Counted from the first letter of the whole stretch, positions 1 to 12,745 are shown. The stretch is DNA of 61,431 nt, filler included, from Circinaria calcarea (GCA_051942165.1; 18 parts of 18 records of this genome joined end to end with filler, not necessarily neighbours in it); one strand, 5' to 3'. Made by a program: numbers and translations. The notes: a model not told the origin generated them from the sequence alone.

Positions 1-422
1 TACCCCGGCTTTGAGCGTTTGGATCAGCGAACAGGATGTACAGTAGCTGGTCCTTGAATAGCAATTGATTGGTGCATCTGCACCTGTTGCCCAATCATTT
101 CTGAGTTTGCAGCCGTGAAGCACAGGAATCCTGGGCTTCTCCTTCAAAGCGGACGTAAGCCTTGTTTACATGTAACTTCAGAAAATGAAACTGGAGTCCA
201 ATAGACAGAGTATTACCTGATGGACTCCTTGTAATCGCCCAGCTATCATGATATTGCCCTACGAATTGGCGCAGTTAATTGTCAATTGCGTACCTGAGTT
301 TTTACCAAAACTTGAATCACGTGATATCGACGTTTACCGTCGTAGCCGCCTAGCTTGTCGACCTCACTCGTGGAAGTCATCCAGAACTTCATCTCCACTC
401 CACGTTTTCTACTGTAAATGAA

Positions 423-1153
423 ATGGCTGTCGGAGTAAGTGATGATCAATTGATCCAATCTATGTGTCCCCCGATCGCTCGCCGTCACTAACCAATCCGT
501 CTTCCCTTCACAGCGAAGTGCCGCTCTCAAAGTCGACTGGGCTAAAATCGGCTCCTCCCTCGGCCTTAAAGGTCAAACTGCCAGTGCTCTAGCTACTTTT
601 AAAAAGCGTAACGATGACGCCCGCCGGAAAGTCCAAGTCCTCTCCGATGCCCCCCAAACCGTCAATTTCGCGCAGTACCGTTCTATCCTCAAGAACCAAT
701 CCGTGATTGACGACATTGAGAACCACTTCAAGTCCTTCAAGCCGGCCACTTACGATGTAGGAAGACAAATCAAAGCCATCGAGGCGTTTGAAACGCAGGC
801 GGTGAAGAATGCACAGGAGACCAAGGGGTTGGTGGATAAGGAGCTGGCGGACTTGGAGAAGACATTAAAGAATATCGAGGAGGCCCGGCCGTTTGAGGAT
901 TTAACTGTTGTATGTGGAATCTACCAGTTGAAGCTGTCTGCGATTTATACAGCTGGACACTGATCGGATGTCATTATACAGGATGAAGTTGTTGCGGCTC
1001 GGCCGGATATCGACGAGCGAACCTCACAACTCGTATCAAAGGGTCGCTGGCAAGTTCCTGGATACAAGGTAAGACATTGTTCATATGCACTTCTACCAAT
1101 GCCGATGTTGACGCAAATCACAGGAGAAATTCGGGGACCTTTCTGTACTATAG
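423..1153 (+). CDS. ATP7: Mitochondrial ATP synthase subunit d (4 exons: 423-434, 514-909, 982-1068, 1124-1153)
   Basis: Spliced translation [27 protein letters not shown]...[24 protein letters not shown]...[16 protein letters not shown]; three canonical GT-AG introns; typical fungal Atp7 sequence. Confidence 0.95.
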
Positions 1154-1696
1154 AGCATGTTCACTTTTCCCTAGTCTTCCAATTCCGTCTTGCCGTGTAC
1201 CATTGTACATAGTAAGTCTTGCCTCTAGTCTACACCGAGTCCTTTCAATATATACGTCCGGTCAATACGGCGTAGAATGTCCATCGTTATGCGTAATCTT
1301 AAGATGTCTTCTCTTTATGGTGCATATGACAAACTATACTATTCATAACACTATTTACAAGGTTGACATACGAAGTATGATTCCCATTCTCCTACGCTAT
1401 GCTGATTCATCAGCGCTGGAGGTGAAATACCTGATATGATTCAGGATCTCTTAGTCTTCCCTCGGTCAACTCTGTTCGCTCATCATCTCTTAACTGTACG
1501 CTTTCGCACGCCAGTATCTTTCGTTGAAGGGGACACTCGACGCTAGTAGCTGTGATCGATCAAGTTCGCTGGATCGTTCTCCGTCCATGTTTGACCCCAT
1601 TCCTTCTCGAGTACCAACGAACTCACCTAAGAAGATGACAACCCCCTAAGTATCTCCAACACCTGCGGGATCTTTGGGCCCCACGAATCTTCAGTC

Positions 1697-2226
1697 ATGG
1701 CTACCAATGATAACAACTCTAAGGCATCATTTCCGGGACTACCTACTGAAATTCTGCTTATGATTTTTCAAATGGTAAGTTGTGTTCCTGTTAGATTCTC
1801 TGGTCTCTATACAAACAAGCCGAGTAGCACTAGAAGGTGGCTGTTCTTGGATCATCTGCGATGTGCCTACTACAGCAAACTCAAGACGATCAATTTGTGC
1901 AACTCACCTCACAGTCTACGACATCCAGATTCTTTATCAAGAATGACACACTACACGAAATCCTGGCTCTCTTCTTCGAACAGAATCTCCTTTTGGAGAT
2001 CGGAGACGAGAATGACTTGGGAGATCGCCCACGTCAACTACAAGTGATAGCTATAGGAGCCCTTAACGTTACAGATTACAGACATGACGAAGGACTAAAG
2101 ACAACGCTGCTTTTTAATAGATTGTTAAAGCCCCGCATTTTCCTCATCGACTACCCCAGTTGTTTTCGACGTATAGCTCATGCAGTGCTGACAGATGTTG
2201 GAGTTGGGACGGTTGTTGATACTTAA
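1697..2226 (+). CDS. Hypothetical protein with F-box-like N-terminal motif (exons 1697-1774, 1834-2226)
   Basis: FPGLPTEILLMIFQM followed by GTAAGT donor at 1775; TAG acceptor at 1833 joins in frame to ORF 1837-2226. Confidence 0.5.
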
Positions 2227-3067
2227 CGCCATTCTAAAGACTTAGAAATTTGGGAGCCCTGCTGGTTGACTATTGATATGAAGGATGGGTCTACTTTGGG
2301 TCGAGGGACTGATCTATCAACTGAGAGTATATTCCAATGGGTATGAGGTACGTGAAGGTGTCACACTTCAACTGTTGATAGCTAAGCCCGTCAAACAAGG
2401 ACATATTTCCAGCTTAGAGCATGCTTGTTAGGTCCAGGTCAAACTAGAGCTGCAATAGTCCAATCACCTTGCCTATAGCTTGAAGTAAGCCGGTACATAG
2501 GCCTCATCGGGCCAGAGGAAGAGTTTCATCCAGTCCTGTTCTATTTCATCCCAAACCTTTGCAATTGCACAAGAGCCAAGAAATTCAGATAACACAACAG
2601 CACTTCAACCGTCCAACTTCCTCAAGGACAAAAAATGTAAGAATATTAAGTATATCCATCCTATCCGGGCTACTATTATCTCAATCTAGTCTCCTGGTGC
2701 AAAGTATCGTGAGTGTTCATTGATACGAGTTTCTCTCCTGGACCCGGAATCGTAAGACGAACTAAATAACATCTTACCGGTAGAATGCCATTTAAAAGAC
2801 ACGACTCTATGTTCTCTTAGTGTGTTGGTTGATTGCAGCGTTGGAAGTGAATTAAACACAGATGACTCGGAGTTTTTAGCCTTCCTCAGGTCAATATTTC
2901 TTTACCCGTCACCTCTCAAATATTCTTCTACCAAACACCCAACGCCAATCTCTTCCATCTATTGTAACCACACTACTTCCTCATCGCAATTAGTCTGGGT
3001 TACCAGGCCCTTTGCCATTCATCGACCAACTTCTCTGCCGGTTGTTAACAATGTACGACGCAACCAG

Positions 3068-3334
3068 ATGACTTACTCCCAAGAACCTACGAGCCCTGCC
3101 CCTCGAGCTGGCAGTCGGCCTAACATGTCTTTTGATCGACTGCCTACTGAGATCCAGTTGCAAGTCTTTAGAGAGGTAAAACACGTCCATGACATACTTA
3201 ATACATTTTCCTCTTCATTTTGGCCTCTATTATCGTGTGGACAGTATAGTCGTCGACAAAGGCTTCCACTTCCATACCAAATGAAGTGACTTCAGCTTCT
3301 AACCACTGCCAATATCGCTAACGTATACTACAGG
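3068..3334 (+). CDS. Second F-box-like gene fragment, possibly pseudogene, cut by contig end
   Basis: MSFDRLPTEIQLQVFRE then GT at 3176, the same motif position as in the upstream gene; candidate acceptors (3244, 3249) lead to early stops. Confidence 0.35.
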
Positions 3335-3434
3335 NNNNNNNNNNNNNNNNNNNNNNNNNNNNNNNNNNNNNNNNNNNNTTAATTAATTAANNNNNNNNNN
3401 NNNNNNNNNNNNNNNNNNNNNNNNNNNNNNNNNN
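3335..3434. other. Artificial contig linker (first of 17)
   Basis: N44-TTAATTAATTAA-N44 (stops in all six frames). Others start at 6769, 10203, 13634, 17063, 20491, 23909, 27327, 30745, 34162, 37575, 40986, 44397, 47808, 51219, 54629, 58035. Confidence 0.99.
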
Positions 3435-4067
3435 CAATTTTGCACCAGCTGGCATCGCCTCAACCGGGGCTTCGGGTGCTTTGTTTGGCATTATCGCCAT
3501 CATGCTCCTTGACCTCCTATACTCCTGGAAAGAGCGTCGTTCTCCGTGGACAGATCTTGCTTGGCTCGCCCTCGACATTGTCGTCTCTTTTGTCCTGGGT
3601 CTTCTACCCGGCTTGGACAATTTCTCGCATATTGGTGGATTCCTCATGGGTCTCGTTCTTGGCATTTGCATCCTGCGGTCACCAAATGCTCTCCGTAAAA
3701 GGGTGGGTCTTGACGATTCACCGTATCGTCCCGTCAATGCAACAAGGAGCTCCGCTGTCCATGACGATGGTGGTGTTAAGGGGTTCGTGAAGTCACCTTT
3801 AGGGTTCTTCAAAAACCGAAAGCCATTGTGGTGGGCTTGGTGGCTCGTTCGCGTAGCCGCACTGATTGGAGTTTTGGTGTGTTTTGTTCTTCTTTTGAAC
3901 AATTTCTACAAAGATCATAAGACTTGCTCATGGTGCAAGTATCTTAGCTGCTTAGTAGGTAGCCTTCCCACTCAGAATACAAAGGGCCCATGCTAATAAT
4001 CATATAGCCTATCAAAACCGGCGGCAGGAATTGGTGTGATTCGGGAAACATCCAACACTCGAATTGA
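3435..4067 (+). CDS. Rhomboid-family intramembrane serine protease, 3' part (intron 3955-4007)
   Basis: STGASGALFG catalytic Ser motif, DNFSHIGGF catalytic His, hydrophobic helices, C-terminal CSWCKYLSCL-PIK...WC typical of fungal rhomboids. Confidence 0.9.
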
Positions 4068-5694
4068 GTCGCCCTGTCAGAAACGAAGGAGTAACCTCTA
4101 GTATCGTGCTATCTAAACATCTTCAAAACTTGTATCGTTATCATTGGCTATTGTGGGAACAGCGACGGCGTCTTCTAGGCACTCAAATCAGAAGGAAGAC
4201 CAAAATTTTGATGCGGAGTTGATATTGGCTGTGTGGAAACGACTAGCATGGCATAGCGATGGGCGTATTGGGGACGGACAGGGAATATGATACTCGAGTG
4301 GTATTGGCGTAAACTGTATTGGCCTAGTGGCGTCGTGGACTTGACACATTGATAGATACTAGACGAATCTTCTAGCGAGTAGGATTTTTTTTTCACGTCG
4401 ACTTTGGTACACTTTATTCCCACATCCTCGCAGGACAACGATATCCAAAGGTTTCCCCCCCAATGGGGGAGAAAAAAGGCCACCCCTGTCTACCTAATCT
4501 AATCCATCGTCATGCTTGCATCGGCTCGATTGATTGATTGACCCCGTTCGCGAGCGTTTGGAATACGTGGACTCTTTCACCTTATGCATCCACGCATCCC
4601 ATGCACACACAAATGCCAAAAGCCTCTCCACCCCGTATCAATCCGCTTTTCAAATCCCACGAGCTGACTGGGGAAATTCCCGTGGTTTTGGGAATTGTTC
4701 CGCGGAGCGGATTTTCTCTTCTCGTCGCGAGGGGGAGGGGGGGAACATGGGAACATCCCAGGACTGAAGTCTACAAGGCACAAAGGGGGGAAGGGGTGGG
4801 GGTTTTCGGAATTCAATGCGTTAGGGAGGGAAAAAAGCCGAGCAGGTTTCCTCGTCCATGGAATACGTTCGATCTAATTTTTTGGGAGGGTACATTTTAT
4901 AGCTTTTTCCGGCCCCCATGAATGAAAAAAAAAACCATTCTTCCCGGTCCGCGACCCGATGCCGATACTAATTGGCTACTTTAAGGGTTGAAAATGGTAG
5001 GTTGAGCAGAGAGAGGCTTTGGAGGATGGGGTGGTAGGTAGGGGTGATGGATAGAGGTGTAGGGTTGGGGAAAGTGAAAGGGAAGAGGGAGAGGGACGGG
5101 TATGAGGGGTTGGAGATGCGTGGTTAGATTGACGGAAGTAGGAGGAGGAGGAGGAGGACGAGGACGAGGAGGAAGAGTAGCAGAAGGTGGTGCCTCTACT
5201 ACAGCCTGATAATCTCCCTCTCACACAACTGCCCAATTTCAAAGAAACCAAGAAAATCGTCCTCAACTTTCGCTCAGCCCCCGCACCCTTCCATCGATTT
5301 ACCCGCTCTCCGCTCGTTAGACCTCCTCCTCCGCCCTCCTTTTTGGTTTTTTGCTCGACCAATCTTCCATGTCTTAATTTAAAATGCCGCACTGCCGGAT
5401 CGGGACCCCACATTCATCCTCGCCACCCTGGTTTCTGAGAGTTCAGTGTGCCCATACTGCTCCGGTATCCAATTGCAGTTGATTTACAAACCATTATGAA
5501 TAACCCACCTAGATTATATTGGCGTCAGTATGGGCTAAGATCTCGAGCTCGCTATCTGGATCTACTTTCTTCACGTCTTTCACCGAGCCTCCTTCTTTTC
5601 CAGTGATTTTAGGGCCACTTGGGAGGAAAAGTTTCTGGACTATGGACTGGTACTTGAGGCCTGAATGGAATTGGTTTGAAATTAACGGGCTGTC

Positions 5695-6768
5695 TTAAAT
5701 GAGTGATATTGTTACTTCCTCACAATCATTGAACCAGCGATGGTTGAAGTTTGAATTGAATTTGTACCGGCCAACTCGCTTGTAACATAGCCCCTTTGTG
5801 GGAGCGGCTACTAAGATAAGCCCATAGTTCTTCGTGACCTTCAGAAGCCAGAGGGCTTCGTTGCAGATCTGGAGCATTTCATGATAGTCATCAAAGATGG
5901 ATGTACCTAGTCTGTGCTTAGAAGGGCCCCTGATAGGTAGGAGATAGCCAGCATATCGATGATCAATGTAAAGGCTATGATGAGTCCCATAAGTATGGTA
6001 AGAATGAGTCTCGTTAGTTAGGATCATTTGACCCGCTAGCTTTAAAGGCCCTCTAACATCGAGCACTCCGACAGAGACCGGTCCGAACGGATTTAGGCCG
6101 GAAAGAGTGAGGTGGAAATCGAGCAACTGAGTATACGTTTTTTCGGAAAGAGGGAAATAGGGATTGGTAACTTCACCGCTGATGCATGCCCATGACCAAG
6201 AAGGAGTAGTATCGCTAGGGGATTTCCTCCCAAATTTATTATTCCCCTTGCACGCCCAAAGTAAAGCGTGTGGTATATGACATTTCCACAAACCAGCTAG
6301 ATACTCCCCACCGCCTAAGATTCTTTGTATTTGGCTTGCCAGTCCAGAAAGCGCCGGGAGCTTATCCGTGGCAAAGCGGAGAGTCCGACTCGTGAAGTCT
6401 TCAACGATTTCGCACCAATAAAAGTAAGGATCTTTCTCCCAGTTATGAGTAAACAATTTCGGCGAAGATTCGCTGAATAGTGGGTTTCTAGATCGAGTTG
6501 GAAGGCTGCGAGTTATTGAAAACCCAGAATTTCCCTCTGAATAGCTCTCGCTTTGGCAATCCCATGAGAGCTGATGACGATTATATGATAGGAGACGGGG
6601 TGATAAAAGTTGTTCTTGTAATGTCCAACCTCGATTTTCGAGTGGCTCTTTGCCATCACCGGCTAACCCAGGGTAATAACGTAAGAAGACATGTCCCCTT
6701 TCCCCAGTTGGTGATTGAAAACCAAGCTGCGGAAAGGTGTACTCAAAGATATCGCGGAGAAGATAAAC
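5695..6768 (-). CDS. HET-domain (heterokaryon incompatibility-like) protein, 5' truncated
   Basis: Upstream of the listed ORF the same frame reads EPLENRGWTLQEQLLSPRLL (HET domain end), then W.EIVEDFTSR.L...DKLPALSGLA, YLAGLW, PSWSWA. Confidence 0.9.
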   Translation of the reverse strand, partial: VYLLRDIFEYTFPQLGFQSPTGERGHVFLRYYPGLAGDGKEPLENRGWTLQEQLLSPRLLSYNRHQLSWDCQSESYSEGNSGFSITRSLPTRSRNPLFSESSPKLFTHNWEKDPYFYWCEIVEDFTSRTLRFATDKLPALSGLASQIQRILGGGEYLAGLWKCHIPHALLWACKGNNKFGRKSPSDTTPSWSWACISGEVTNPYFPLSEKTYTQLLDFHLTLSGLNPFGPVSVGVLDVRGPLKLAGQMILTNETHSYHTYGTHHSLYIDHRYAGYLLPIRGPSKHRLGTSIFDDYHEMLQICNEALWLLKVTKNYGLILVAAPTKGLCYKRVGRYKFNSNFNHRWFNDCEEVTISLI

Positions 6769-7432
6769 NNNNNNNNNNNNNNNNNNNNNNNNNNNNNNNN
6801 NNNNNNNNNNNNTTAATTAATTAANNNNNNNNNNNNNNNNNNNNNNNNNNNNNNNNNNNNNNNNNNNNGGAGTAAAGAGGGTAGGTCGGGGGCGGAGTAT
6901 TTCCTTTTTGCGCTTCTTTGCATGCTTTGGGACGGGGGGTTCGGGGAGCTTGAGTACACCTTCTTGGGTAGATTTGATAGAATGTAAGATTTTTGCTTCA
7001 CCCTTTTTCTGTGGAATTTGATAGGTGTCATGTGTGACCACCCTTTATGAATGTTAAACCCTTATGAATGTTAGAGTAGTAGTGGTGAAAAAGGGGGTAA
7101 ACAAAAATCGGCTGTCAAAATCGGTATTTGTAAATCAAATCAAGCAAGAAAATTGGCGACCACCCTCAAAATAAGGGTCGGCACGGGAGAAATCTGAAGC
7201 AAGCAGGAGCGGCTTTACGTCGTCAAATAATGCCGCAAACTCATGATTATTCAGGTGCTTTGGTTGCTATATAGTGTGACCTATCGGATTGTTACTGGAA
7301 AGCTGGGGATTGAACGGCCATTGTGCGCTCCGCGCGAAAGGTTTCTCTCTCTCACACACGATCTTCAACACTTTCTACTCCTTTCTGCCTGGCCCATGTT
7401 CAGGGGGAACCGGCGTTCCGGACACCATTTAT

Positions 7433-9021
7433 TTAGTCTTCATCTTCATCATCCACCACATGCCTTCTCTTCGCCCTAGAGCCACCTGGATTATCATCAC
7501 CATCCTTCCCTGTCTTCGCCTTATTTGGGTTCTTCTTCTTCGGTTTGTCTTCGACGCCATCATCGAGATCGGCCATTTCCTCGTCCTCGCTGTCGTCCTG
7601 AACCACTTCCAGCTCTTCTTCACTTCCTATTACGAACCCGTCATCTTCGTCATATTCGTCTTCCTTAGTACGACCACGGTTTCTGTAGTCTTCCTCATCT
7701 TCACTGTATTCACTGTTCCGTCGCCTAGGTTTCCTCGTCGGCTTATTAGCACGAGCCTTTGTAGTGGTCATGCCATCATCATCTTCCAGTCCGCCGACAG
7801 TCAAGCCGCCACTCATACCCGTACGAAGGCCTGATCTACCAAGTACCTTATTGGCACGATCTCGCTCCTTTTCTTCTTGGATCTGGCGACGGCGCTGAGC
7901 TTTCAGCTTCTCACGCTCTGCAAGTTCCGCCTTCCTTTTGGCTAGCTCCGGGTCTTCAGACGTAGAAATAATGTTAAGGCCGCCATTTGTCTTCTTCCCT
8001 TTAATCTCGGCTGCCATAGACTCCTGCAGACGAAGCAAGGCGTCGTCATCCTCGGTTACCTTGGACTGTACAGAGAGCGATGCCGTCACATGGTTTGTGA
8101 GTCGGACAAATGGAACGTTCGCATACGAGGACGCTAGATATGTATGTGAGTCAAGGCTAGCATCGTAGGCTGCTGGTTTGTCAGAGCTTCGAGTCGGTTT
8201 CATGCTGGTTGGCGTTGGCTTCAGCGGGTTTCTCTGGGGTGGCGCAAGAGGTTTTGCGGCAAGCTCATATTGCTCTAGTGGATTCGATGCCAGTTGCAAT
8301 GTCATCGAACCGTCCGACCAACGAAGGATGCGGGCGTTGGATTGCATTTTTCTGGGGTTGCTGGGTGAAGGTCTCCAACGTATGGTATTGTTTGCAGTCT
8401 GGTGCGGAGAGAAAGTGGCAGAGGGTGGATCCGAACTATGGTGATCGGTCGTTGGTGGTTGGAAGTCACGCGTTGCGCTGAAGGCTTTTGGCTCTATGCC
8501 GAGGAATTTTGGGTGTTTGAGGATATATAGCTTTGATTGATCAGTACCAAGCACAGCAGTTACCTCACTGTATCACATACTTCGCCGTCACTGCCGTGAG
8601 GAGTTTCATGTCGAGCTACGCTCACATCGATCAGAGTCTGGTTTTGCTCGAGGAATGTCTTGTCCTGTGCGTTTTCATCCAAATCCATGTCATCATCCAT
8701 ACGATCATTCCTGTCTAAATCATCATCTGAATCGAGTTCCTCGTCATCTGGTTGACGATGTTTATTGCTTGCAGAAATAAAGCTGTTAGCTATGTTACAA
8801 GCCATGGCACGTACCCCCTATACTCAGACTCACTGAGCTCCTTCATCTTCTGACCCCTCACCAAAGAGACCACCACCATCGTCTTCATCCTGTGCATCAC
8901 GGACCGCGTCATTCGCACTGTCATAAGCCGCCACACCATCTCCTGCCTCTGTGCTCTCCAGCACAGTATCCGTGGGAGGGTGTTGATCTTCTACCGTCGC
9001 GTTTTCAGACAATGCATCCAT
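7433..9021 (-). CDS. LEO1: Paf1 complex subunit Leo1 (3 exons)
   Basis: Acidic N-terminus GGLFGEGSEDE; LKHPKFLGIEPKAF, NNTIRWR, SNARILRWSDGSMTLQ and DEYDEDDGFV motifs; two GT-AG introns link the three listed ORFs. Confidence 0.9.
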
Positions 9022-9362
9022 ATTTACAGGAGACAGGGCCTAAGAGAGTTAACCAACTGCTTCAATGTGCCTGATTGTGACGTATTCAATGGCAGGGCTC
9101 CCTGATTAGTTTTGCATGTGGATAGAATGATGTTTATGGCGAATAGAGTGTAGGTACTTTAAATGAATTTGGCGCGCGCGTTTGGATCATCTTCAGTACC
9201 GCCGGTCCGTCTTCTTTTCCGGTTCTTGGGGAGCCACCGGCGTATCTGTTTGTCCAGCCTTGCATCCATTTTGATTTTCTTGCCGTCTTTTATTACTAGG
9301 GAACTGATCTAGTAGTAAACACAGATTCAGCTTCCTTGTTTCTAGGTTGTTGGACAGTGGTC

Positions 9363-10202
9363 ATGTCTAACTTCTTTCAAAGCGTGTAAGTGAAGTCATT
9401 CTATGTCTACATCTCTACATGTGTAGCTGGCGGTGACCCAATACGGTTACGCCGTCGAGAACTATGTTAAGTTACCTCTGTGTACACTCTGAACTCTAGC
9501 CACATGAGTTTCAACGCCCCTATATCATATCTGAGAACGCCTGATCAGGATTAGTTCCCACTAAGATACTTCTTTGAAGAGAAAAAGGGGCTCCCTTTCA
9601 TGGTGGCTGCTTAATGCTAATCAAGATGCTAAACCCCCCAGATTCTGCTTGCTAACTGATTCCCTCACTGGTCGTAGGCGCTCAGGTTTTGGTCGTCAGT
9701 CTAACAAGACCAATGGCAGTGGCAACCAGAGAACCAATGGTTCTAACAACTCTTCGCCTACCACTCCGAACCCAACCGCTCCTCCTCTCCGAAGCTCTTC
9801 TTCTGTGGCCTCGAATTTGAGCTCCGAAGGCAACCAGCAACTCACAGAAGCTCAAATCGAGCCTGAAGCACCAAAGTTTTTCTTCATGGAAAAGTATGCA
9901 CGTCTCGGGGTTCGCGGTAATTTCATGCCTCTTGCGGCTCAACCTGCAAACTTGGATCTTGGTGAATGGCTTGCTCATCACTGTAAGTGGTCTGCCTATA
10001 TCACCTAGAGTACGCGTACCGTGCTTACGACACATACACAGGTATGGAAAATTATCGCCTCATCGAGAACTTGGTCCAGTGTATCCAGGAGATTGACGGC
10101 AAGACTGGGTTGGCTATCTGTAATCCGAGGTGTTGCCCCACTATGTCCGCTGGCAGGTAATTTACTCCACAGTCGATCTTACCCGAAGGGTAAGATTCTT
10201 CT
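9363..10202 (+). CDS. MOB2: Mob2-like NDR kinase co-activator, 3' truncated
   Basis: Exon 1 MSNFFQS(V) with intron 9386-9677; LGVRGNFMPLAAQPANLDLGEWLAHH; ICNPRCCPTMSAG (Mob family motif). Confidence 0.85.
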
Positions 10203-10302
10203 NNNNNNNNNNNNNNNNNNNNNNNNNNNNNNNNNNNNNNNNNNNNTTAATTAATTAANNNNNNNNNNNNNNNNNNNNNNNNNNNNNNNNNNNNNNNNNN
10301 NN

Positions 10303-10854
10303 GGGCTATTTTGTTCCGTGCCCACAAATATGCCCCCATTACCATATGCTGAGACAGGTCCGCCTCCTCGATTCACAAAGTTTCTCGCCAACGGCTTACC
10401 TGAATCCATGGCTTGGTTGGCAAGATACTGCCGGTAGGAATCCGGGATAGCATCACAATCTTCTCCAGTCTCGATACTCTTCTTCGCAAGCAATTTTATC
10501 TTAGCGCGTCTACGGCTTCCTGGGTCAGCAACCTGCCAGCAATCAACCCTGCCTCAGCACGAACCTATTCTGAAACCATATTTGGACCGATCGTTCCGTC
10601 ATGTTGATTTCTTGCGCTATCTTTTCACGAACTGCCGCGACTGGTGTCGGATTCTTGTTGAACTCAATCTCAAGTAAAACCAGTTGGTCTTGTGTGGCTC
10701 TCTGGCGTTTCTGGTTCTTCTGTTGCTGTGTAAGAGTGCTCTTTCGCGGGGGGCGTCTCGACGCAGAAGGGGTCGTCGTGCCAGTGGTCGCAGAGGCCGT
10801 GGGCGATGGAGTCGAAGACGACATCTTGTTGTCTACGGCACTCTCAGAGTGCAT
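10303..10854 (-). CDS. Homeobox transcription factor (Pah1/Phx1-like), 3' truncated; start uncertain
   Basis: [23 protein letters not shown]...[15 protein letters not shown]|intron|[22 protein letters not shown] homeodomain. Confidence 0.9.
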
Positions 10855-12100
10855 TGTTGCCGACGTACTCGAGGAAGATGCAAGTCTGTTTCGGTATCTC
10901 AGCCTTTGTCGGGAAACGTAAGTGTTAGTTGCGTGTCGACTCGGCTAACTCCCTCGAGGAACTGCAAGCTGCGACTGAAGCTGGGCGTAGTGTTAAATAG
11001 CTGTTGTAAGTGAAGGTTTGCAGATTTGATATCTCGTGGAATCTATGCAGTAATTGGCGTCTAGTGTTTATCGATGGGGTGGAAAGTGGGTGTTGCTCGG
11101 AGCTGACAAGCTGTAAGGGCCGTGAAGGCTGAATGAGTGTGGCTGAGAAACGAAGGAGAAAGGACTGGAGCCGAAGGAGTGTAATGGACCGAAAAGGAGT
11201 GACGGGTCCGTAAAGCGACGATGACTAGGAAAGGGAAAGGAGCGAAGAGACAGGAGACCTGGTGTTGAGTGGGCGACGGTGAGGTTCGAGAGGAGGAAGA
11301 AAACGGAGTAAAGGGGGCCGGACAGAACTCGGCTAGTGTTTTCGCTAAGCCGACGACGGACGCAGGGGTTGCTCATAAGCGTGGCATAGCTTGGGCGCTA
11401 CTACTAGAACTGGACTTTGCCTTATCGTACTTTGGAGACTACGGTACAAAACCTGCGTTATCACTCGGACCGGCATCTGCTACGAGCAGCCATTTCTGCT
11501 GTACCGACGCTACATCAGTCTCAAGGCTCCCAGTTTTCCCACATGGCGAGTTGTTAGGCAGATCTGGTTCGTGATGATTCTGATTGATTACCACGGTTTG
11601 GTCACCGGCATGATGCATCGGACTTGATTCATGACAGGAACGGGAAGATCCATGTTGTGGAAGCGCCATGCTCGGTGGCTTCTGCTTCCAACCAGCCCGT
11701 TCCCTTTCAGCCCTCGGCCTCTGAGGATTGTTTACGGAGTAGCCGCCAGCCCCATTTCTGGGCATCTCGAGCAGTTGCTGTGGTACGGAGAAGGTCGAAG
11801 AACCCACCTCTCATGTTGATACTGGTGCCCACCTACTCTGCAATATCCATCCGTTACATCTGCCCTCGATCCGATATCGCGACTCGGAAGTTACTCAAAT
11901 GGGCTCCGCTGGCGGGCTAGATTGCTTTGGGATACCGTCCTGAACTGTGCGCATGTCGCCTTGACAGAAACAGGTTAGCTTCCAAGCCAAGCTCAGCAAC
12001 GCGCCAACTCCAACAGACCCTTGGCGTCAGGGATTTCAGAACTTGGCCAGAACAAATCGATCCCACGCGCTTTTCTTCTGCTGTTGTGTTGCAACGCTTA

Positions 12101-12238
12101 CTGCGGTCGCAGGCATAATAGATGTTAGCGTGGTTGTCTTGCAATAACCGTAGAAGGCCCAACCGGCAATTGATTTCATACAAAAAGCTGGAAGTTGGTC
12201 GAAACCGGCGCTAACATCTATTGTGCCTGTGGTCATAG
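12101..12238. mobile_element. MITE copy A (138 bp, TA-flanked, 30-bp TIR)
   Basis: ta|ctgcggtcgcaggcataatagatgttagcg ... cgctaacatctattgtgcctgtggtcatag|ta (24/30 match); interior homologous to copy B in reverse orientation. Confidence 0.8.
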
Positions 12239-12745
12239 TAGGCGCCTCTGTGATCAAGTATGAGCATGGAGCAACCGGTCCCTTTATCAAAATCCATCCA
12301 CCTTGTCTCGCAGCCGAGCGAACAAGCCCCGACCTTACAGAGGGTCCCCTGTACCTACAGCTGACAGCTCGAGGTGCAGCATCGTGCATGACTTGACCAT
12401 TCTGATATGAGCGCCAGCATTGCGAACGCATCTAGACTTTGCTCCTCCACACATCTTTCAGAGTGCCCCGCTGTCGCTAGAATCTGGCAAGGGCATCAGT
12501 GGCATATTTAGCCGATATGAGCAGGCAGTCATTAAGAGGCAGTCGTTAGTGGCTTGATCACGTTGCAGTATTGCAACAATCTATCTCTTATGCAAGGTAA
12601 GAATCCTCCCCGTTCTCCTATGAGACTAGCTCTTCGAAATTCAGTCACCGATCGAAGAAACCATCATGCTCGTAAAGCAGCGGAACAGCAAAGTGAATGC
12701 CAAGAATGTTCCTGGTCTGCTTACCCTGAAACGTCGCTTTATGTA

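Noticed and set aside
3379..3390. Regularly spaced TTAATTAATTAA motif every ~3.4 kb as a biological repeat or CRISPR-like array
   Set aside because: Always centred in 88 Ns; it is a six-frame-stop assembly linker.
7041..7073. Short direct repeat (TTATGAATGTTA x2)
   Set aside because: Simple local duplication in intergenic DNA with no further structure.
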